Notes under the pieces: generated by a model
Told to the model about the DNA's origin: nothing
Databases searched by the model: none
What the model saw: only the letters and a program-made list of their open reading frames with translations
Assembly (NCBI GenBank): GCA_028712365.1
Contig: JAQTQE010000004.1
Location: forward strand, 13,806-77,805
Direction: 5' to 3'
Origin: a bacterium
GTDB taxonomy: Bacteria > CAYTYR01 > UBA6262
Length of the DNA: 64,000 bases
Part shown: positions 60,101-64,000 of the stretch, in pieces
How the letters are laid out: each line of letters starts with the position of its first letter
Numbering within the stretch: the first letter of the stretch is position 1
Program-made: the position numbers and the translations under genes

Positions 60101-62056
60101 AATAATACTGCCTCAAAATCGATTACTTTTGAAAATCAACCTCCTAATATTCCAGTTGCTCCTTCAGGGCCGATTTCAGGCTATACTACTGAAATTTATA
60201 GCTTTAGCACCTATTCTTCTGATATAAATGGAGATAAGATTAAGTTTGTATTTGATTGGGGAGATGGGACAACCACCGAGACTGATTATGGCGATTATGA
60301 TTACACCGGTAAAGTGATCATGAGTGCCTCGCACACCTGGAGTAGTGAAGGAATATACGATGTAAAAGTCCAGGCAATTGACACTTCTAATTCTTCCACT
60401 GATTTTAGTGAGCCCCTTAAAGCTACCTTGATTCAAAAGTCAGGTTGGGGCTCGGATAATCCAATTACTCCTGGCACAAGAATTGACCGGTTCCCTGAAG
60501 TTGATTCCGATAACTCTGGAAATGTACATATTGCTTGGTTCGGCAAAGGAAGTACGGGAAACATTTATTATCGAAGGCTGATAAATAACGGAAACACATG
60601 GAATGACGAGAGCGACTTTGGCACGGTAACATTAAATGACACTCATTTGCCTATTATAAGAAGCGATAAAACAAGCTCTTTGCAATTGTTATGGGACGAT
60701 TATAGAGCGACCGGGAATTTTGAAATATACAGGAAAACAAGTTCAGATCAAGGATTCTCCTGGACATATCCAGACGAGAATTTCAGTTATACCACAGCTA
60801 ATTCAAGGTTTCCAAGTATTGCAATCAACGGCCAAACCATTCACGCCGTTTGGGCCGAGGGAAATAAAATTCATTATAAGAAAAGCTCAAACGGAGGAAC
60901 AACCTGGTCAAATCCTAGTACCATAATTACAACACCGTTTTTTAATGTTAATAGTAGACTTAATCTTGTTTGCGATTCAACAAGTAATGTGTTTTTAGTC
61001 TGGGCAGGTCAAATGCCGAACGTTGCCTGGGCGATTAAGAATGCGTATTTTTCTTATAGCAAAGATAATGGCAATACATGGCAATCTACCCAAACAATAT
61101 ATTCTGATACTAGTTTTGCAGGTTTTGAACTTAATCCTGATATTACTGTAGATTCATCAAGTAATATTTATATTGTCTATGACACGAAGAGTAATCAAAT
61201 ATTTTATAGAACAGGTGCATGGTCAGGCGGGAATATGGTATTATCCAGTCCAGCGGTGTTAGTATCTGATATCCATAATTCGCAGTATCCGAATATAAGG
61301 GCAGATAGGTCAAACAATTTATATCTGTTCTGGCAAAATGCAAGGGATGGCAACTACGAAATCTATAATAAGTTCAGAAAGGCAGGTGAAACTACTTGGG
61401 GAGCCGATACAAGATTGACTCAGGCAGCGGGAGATTCTTTATATCCCAAGGCAAGTATTACCGGGGGTTATTTGCATTTGGTCTGGCAGGATAATCGTAA
61501 TGGTAATTATCAGATTTATTACAATAGAATGCGTTTACGTCGTGCGCCTTGGGTGATAGATTTTTCTGCGCCTCATTTTGATGTTCCACCATATGATGAA
61601 AGTGTTCCGCCTTATGAAAACAATGATCCTAACCAAACAGCAATATCATTTAAAGTGCAAGATGATACTTATAATAAGCATACAGTGTCAGTATGGGTAT
61701 ATAATGTTAATGGTACCAGTGTGATAAAAAAGCTCATTACTGATCAAATAATCAATTTAGATTCTAATTCTGATCTTAACTGGCCATATATGAAAACTTT
61801 CACTGATTTCGTTATTTGGGATGGGAGAGATGAAAACGGTAATTTTGTGTCAGAATCAACTTCATATAAAGTAAAAATTAGTGTCAGAGCAGTTGATGAT
61901 CCGACAATAGAACCGATTGATGGATTGCCTGGCTTAATTGGCACAAATTGGACAAACATCGATACCACTGATCAAGAATATATTTTTACTGATCCGACCT
62001 TTGTACAGCCTAATCGCAAAAACATCAAAGCTTGGCACGAGTTTATACGGCAATAA
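57173..62056 (+). CDS. giant secreted multidomain protein: Zn-dependent phospholipase C/P1-nuclease-like domain, FN3 x2, CARDB-like, PKD, BNR/sialidase-like propeller, FlgD-Ig-like C-terminus
   Basis: 1627 aa, GC about 33%. The mature N-terminus begins WSH, as in PLC where W1 ligands Zn. AHLVQDMSVPAH gives H, D at +4 and H at +10 with the same spacing as the clostridial alpha-toxin Zn site. FN3 (TYEYEVSA). PKD (FDWGDGT...HTW). Four SxDxGxTW BNR motifs. C-terminal WDGRDENGNFV of FlgD-Ig-like domains. Confidence 0.65.
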   Translation: MRKIILFLTLFMILNLFSLTNLWSHSATVVHPKLSDKAVSNLDAFFNEVKTYKNQIKQGSIDEDTPIWQVLNHFYNPINGAGFPGGMPTNQYVKDIWDASIYEYSQGNKTEAYYLLGKVAHLVQDMSVPAHVHIDSHLFGDDYEIWCKGPGETGSNIIGCVNTAEGYITVSGYEDAIEQMARLGYDSSRFEATLYADSRSVDENCELAKMFPGSIRYIVPLDANTLDNGFWEIDNIGNYDGVETDNGSNDWWEIDEYIGWFYIENIGGDSYPVAPEQIRSDITNPSTNSSMVSNTKSLYQLFAEQLIPLPIKYSTGLLKYFYDNRPQIVYPSKVTNLTATSTVDSVSLIWEAATEGAAVKNYAIYRDNSYVGQTNSTTLTFTDMGRSANTIYEYEVSAIAENGLEGEKTGIMVVTQSQPGSNEPVPVIMNQISNITETTAVLSWSQSNDGNFKEYRIYRSQGSGVSENSTLVTTITSRAITAFTDIGLSEATTYYYRVYVFNTQDLSAKSNEVFARSIGNTIPDFAVSPEDISMQSTNPNPGDIVTINAIIHNIGQIPPDDEIVVRFYDGDPANGGILIGEDKKSFCWVFGGDASDTYGVDCGIIVDDNLEKRLYLSDTSFQLFGPNNIDLEGSNSAGGKYYTDNCLTVDFNNGAWQNVNITPTPHIVKAYDSGFIHVRVSVSGDFDSGGHFKANFHIRGRKARDNNQPIEASVNWNTSNRTGSHDIYVVVDPDNIITSEVNKGNNISHKRINIGPDKPDLNITSNDISFTRETLDVTIKAKISNTNNIEANNVKVNFYDGLPSNNILIGSTTIPKIPIPLLSGSKSGDDWATMETGIFQLVITSSTVDNGGLAPGTYTALKKNWIYSNISYGDNLPINVNPEVTASHHNNTLEIYEKTATGFKTRIWTYADIYQPGVAFSYRPWLYTKDQITFDWSLPEYNSVAQVSWNINGLSGSHDVYVVVDPDDSISEVQEDNNTASKSITFENQPPNIPVAPSGPISGYTTEIYSFSTYSSDINGDKIKFVFDWGDGTTTETDYGDYDYTGKVIMSASHTWSSEGIYDVKVQAIDTSNSSTDFSEPLKATLIQKSGWGSDNPITPGTRIDRFPEVDSDNSGNVHIAWFGKGSTGNIYYRRLINNGNTWNDESDFGTVTLNDTHLPIIRSDKTSSLQLLWDDYRATGNFEIYRKTSSDQGFSWTYPDENFSYTTANSRFPSIAINGQTIHAVWAEGNKIHYKKSSNGGTTWSNPSTIITTPFFNVNSRLNLVCDSTSNVFLVWAGQMPNVAWAIKNAYFSYSKDNGNTWQSTQTIYSDTSFAGFELNPDITVDSSSNIYIVYDTKSNQIFYRTGAWSGGNMVLSSPAVLVSDIHNSQYPNIRADRSNNLYLFWQNARDGNYEIYNKFRKAGETTWGADTRLTQAAGDSLYPKASITGGYLHLVWQDNRNGNYQIYYNRMRLRRAPWVIDFSAPHFDVPPYDESVPPYENNDPNQTAISFKVQDDTYNKHTVSVWVYNVNGTSVIKKLITDQIINLDSNSDLNWPYMKTFTDFVIWDGRDENGNFVSESTSYKVKISVRAVDDPTIEPIDGLPGLIGTNWTNIDTTDQEYIFTDPTFVQPNRKNIKAWHEFIRQ

Positions 62057-62074
62057 AAATACTGGAGGGATAAA

Positions 62075-63376
62075 GTGATCTGGAGAATAAAACCAGTTCT
62101 ATTTGTGTTTATTTCAGCTCTTCTACTTGCTAAACTGTCATTTGCCGATGAGTTAATAGATAATGCCTGGAAGGCGATGCAAGAAGAAAAATATGAAAAC
62201 GCGAACAAAATAGCGCAAGATTGCTTGACCAAATTCATGAATAAGGCCAAAGAACAACAGGGAACATATAGGCAAAAAGCCTTGAAAAAGCAGCAAAGAA
62301 AACAAACCAACGCCAGGATAGCTTTGCTAGGAGATCAGCAAAACGTTTTAACTGAAGAAGATATGCCGAAGAATTTGATTGAAGATCAAGTGGTTTCACT
62401 TGGCTCAGACGAGCTTAATTCAGCCGGTACCGCTTGTTTTATTCAAGGTGAAGTATTAAAAAAAGCTGGGAAAAAGGATGAAGCTAGGAAGAAATATAAA
62501 GAGATAGTTGATAATTATAAAGATGCGTATTGTTACGATCCGAGGGGATGGTACTGGAAGGTGTCAGACGTAGCCCAAGACCGGATAGATGTAATGGATA
62601 CCAAGTATGACTATTCTGATTACACTAGCGAGACTTTAACCGGAAAAGGGTGGAAGTCTTTGAAAGACAAAGACTTCAAGGGCGTAGAACTATATGCCAA
62701 GAAATGCATTTATCTTTATGAGCAAAAAGCAGATGAAATGCAGACAAACACAAAAGGGTTTGTCAAAGACAAAAAAGACGCTCCATATAAATGGGCCTTA
62801 AACGACGTAGCTACCTGTTATTTTATTATGGGAGAGAAATATCTGCTTGAAGGCAAGGATGATCTATCAAAACAGATGTACAAACGAGCTGCTGAACTTG
62901 GGTTCTCATTATGTTGGGACCCACAAGGGTGGTATTGGAAAGTGGGAGAAGTGGCTCAGGATAAGATAGATCTCTACGGCACCAAATATAGCTTTGGAGA
63001 TTATAAATCAGTTACTTTAACCAGTAATGCCTGGCAAGCATTGGCAGATAAAGATTATAAAGGTGTGGATCTGTACTGCAAGAAATGCATTTATCTTTAT
63101 GAAGACAAGGCAAAAGAAATGCAAGCTCAAATAACCGAGTTTCCTAAAGGTAGTTTTGTCCCTTATTACTGGGCTTTAAATGATGTCGCAACTTGCTATT
63201 TCATCATGGCCGAGTCTTATAAACAGCAAAACATGGTTTCCCAAGCTAAACAATATTTGATGACAATAAGCGATCAATTCTCTTTTGCTCAGTGTTGGGA
63301 TAAGCGCGGTTGGTATTGGCAGATAGCAAAAGCCAGCCAGAAATCGTTAGAAGAAATGCAAAAACAAAATCCGTGA
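62075..63376 (+). CDS. secreted protein with internal 125-aa tandem repeats
   Basis: 433 aa. GTG start with GGAGGG RBS. Signal peptide. 2.5 copies of a repeat C(Y/W)DPxGWYWKV..VAQDxID...CKKCIYLYE...WALNDVATCYFIM. Confidence 0.5.
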   Translation: MIWRIKPVLFVFISALLLAKLSFADELIDNAWKAMQEEKYENANKIAQDCLTKFMNKAKEQQGTYRQKALKKQQRKQTNARIALLGDQQNVLTEEDMPKNLIEDQVVSLGSDELNSAGTACFIQGEVLKKAGKKDEARKKYKEIVDNYKDAYCYDPRGWYWKVSDVAQDRIDVMDTKYDYSDYTSETLTGKGWKSLKDKDFKGVELYAKKCIYLYEQKADEMQTNTKGFVKDKKDAPYKWALNDVATCYFIMGEKYLLEGKDDLSKQMYKRAAELGFSLCWDPQGWYWKVGEVAQDKIDLYGTKYSFGDYKSVTLTSNAWQALADKDYKGVDLYCKKCIYLYEDKAKEMQAQITEFPKGSFVPYYWALNDVATCYFIMAESYKQQNMVSQAKQYLMTISDQFSFAQCWDKRGWYWQIAKASQKSLEEMQKQNP

Positions 63377-63479
63377 AATAGAAAGACCTTTAATTCTATC
63401 ATATTATCGTGCCAGGTCCTGACTTGTATTTATTCTAAAAAAACTCTCAGGACCTATTTATTTTTGGGAGAGCCTGGCA

Positions 63480-64000
63480 ATGAAAAAATGTTTGATCATC
63501 TGTTTTTTAATTGTTATTTCAATAAAAGCTTATGGACAGACAAAGCCATCTGAAAGCGATTTACACGCGAGAATCACAGTCCCATCTCCATATTCTCTGA
63601 TAAGAGGAGATGTGCCAATCTACGGAATCGCTGGCGGTAAAGACTTTAAGGAATACAAGTTGGAATATGGCTCAGGGGAGAATCCAAGCGTCTGGACAAC
63701 CATTTTGGTATCCAGTCAAGAGCAGGTTAAAGAAAGCAGTGTTCCTAAGATAGATTTCTCCCTGGATAAGACTATTCCCGGGAATTTGGGTATTTGGGAT
63801 ACCGGCTTGTCAGAATACCAATACGGGGAACATAAGGTTGATCTGCCCATAGGGATCTATACTCTTAAACTTACGGTTAAGGATAAATCAGGAAATATTG
63901 CCGAAGACCGGGTAATAATTGAAGTAGGCCGGGTAATAATTAACTCGGTTGCCGGCAAAGTGGAAAGTCCTGATGGACAGGCAATTCATGAGATACCTGA
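63480..64000 (+). CDS. secreted hypothetical protein (5' partial, runs off window end)
   Basis: ATG at 63480 with a signal peptide MKKCLIICFLIVISIKA. The open frame continues to the window end. Confidence 0.4.
   Translation, partial: MKKCLIICFLIVISIKAYGQTKPSESDLHARITVPSPYSLIRGDVPIYGIAGGKDFKEYKLEYGSGENPSVWTTILVSSQEQVKESSVPKIDFSLDKTIPGNLGIWDTGLSEYQYGEHKVDLPIGIYTLKLTVKDKSGNIAEDRVIIEVGRVIINSVAGKVESPDGQAIHEIP

Noticed and set aside
1-64000. Searched for tRNA/rRNA, CRISPR arrays, transposases and integrases
   Set aside because: No cloverleaf-like GTTCGA / T-loop signatures. No regularly spaced direct repeats of 25-40 bp. No DDE or tyrosine-recombinase-like ORFs.

Overview
This is a 64 kb stretch of a bacterial chromosome from a diderm (outer-membrane-bearing) organism of uncertain, probably uncultivated, lineage. 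It carries about 60 protein-coding genes, and every credible gene is on the + strand. GC content is about 45-50% in the core and about 30-35% in two flanking regions.

**Core genes**
- 1..17.6 kb is a complete division and cell-wall (dcw) cluster, rsmH through ftsZ.
- An orphan pilT overlaps the ftsZ stop codon by 11 nt.
- Downstream the gene order is a Firmicute-type extended backbone: pgeF-yggS-proC ... ileS-lspA-lgt-rluD ... gmk-rpoZ-coaBC ... priA ... def-fmt ... PASTA-rpe ... rpsP-KH-trmD-rplS-rnhB-yraN ... comM.

**Insertions into the conserved backbone**
- Between coaBC and priA: a secreted protein with FlgD-Ig/T9SS-like C-terminal sorting domain, a PorV/FadL-like outer-membrane barrel, and a family-4 UDG.
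- At the normally tight yraN|comM junction: about 6.8 kb carrying HEAT-repeat, eukaryote-like WD40, MGDG-synthase-like glycosyltransferase, small OMP, vWA lipoprotein and two low-GC secreted hypotheticals.
- Downstream of comM: a low-GC island from 54.2 kb to the window end. It encodes small OMPs, a second secreted HEAT-repeat protein, and a 1627-aa secreted protein (Zn-phospholipase-C-like N-domain, FN3, CARDB, PKD, BNR propeller, FlgD-Ig-like C-terminus). It also encodes a protein with internal 125-aa tandem repeats.

**Other notable points**
- PriA has degenerate Walker A and B motifs.
- A kinase-less PASTA protein sits at the PrkC position next to rpe.
- A 12-nt anti-SD pairing in the htpX leader is a candidate RNA thermometer.
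- The def leader has a promoter plus terminator hairpin.
- There are at least three families of small intergenic repeats, including inverted copies at 12.2 kb and 37.7 kb, plus a recurrent AATYCGCGTAATC motif in tandem with 22-bp phasing.

I found no rRNA, tRNA, CRISPR array, transposase or integrase.
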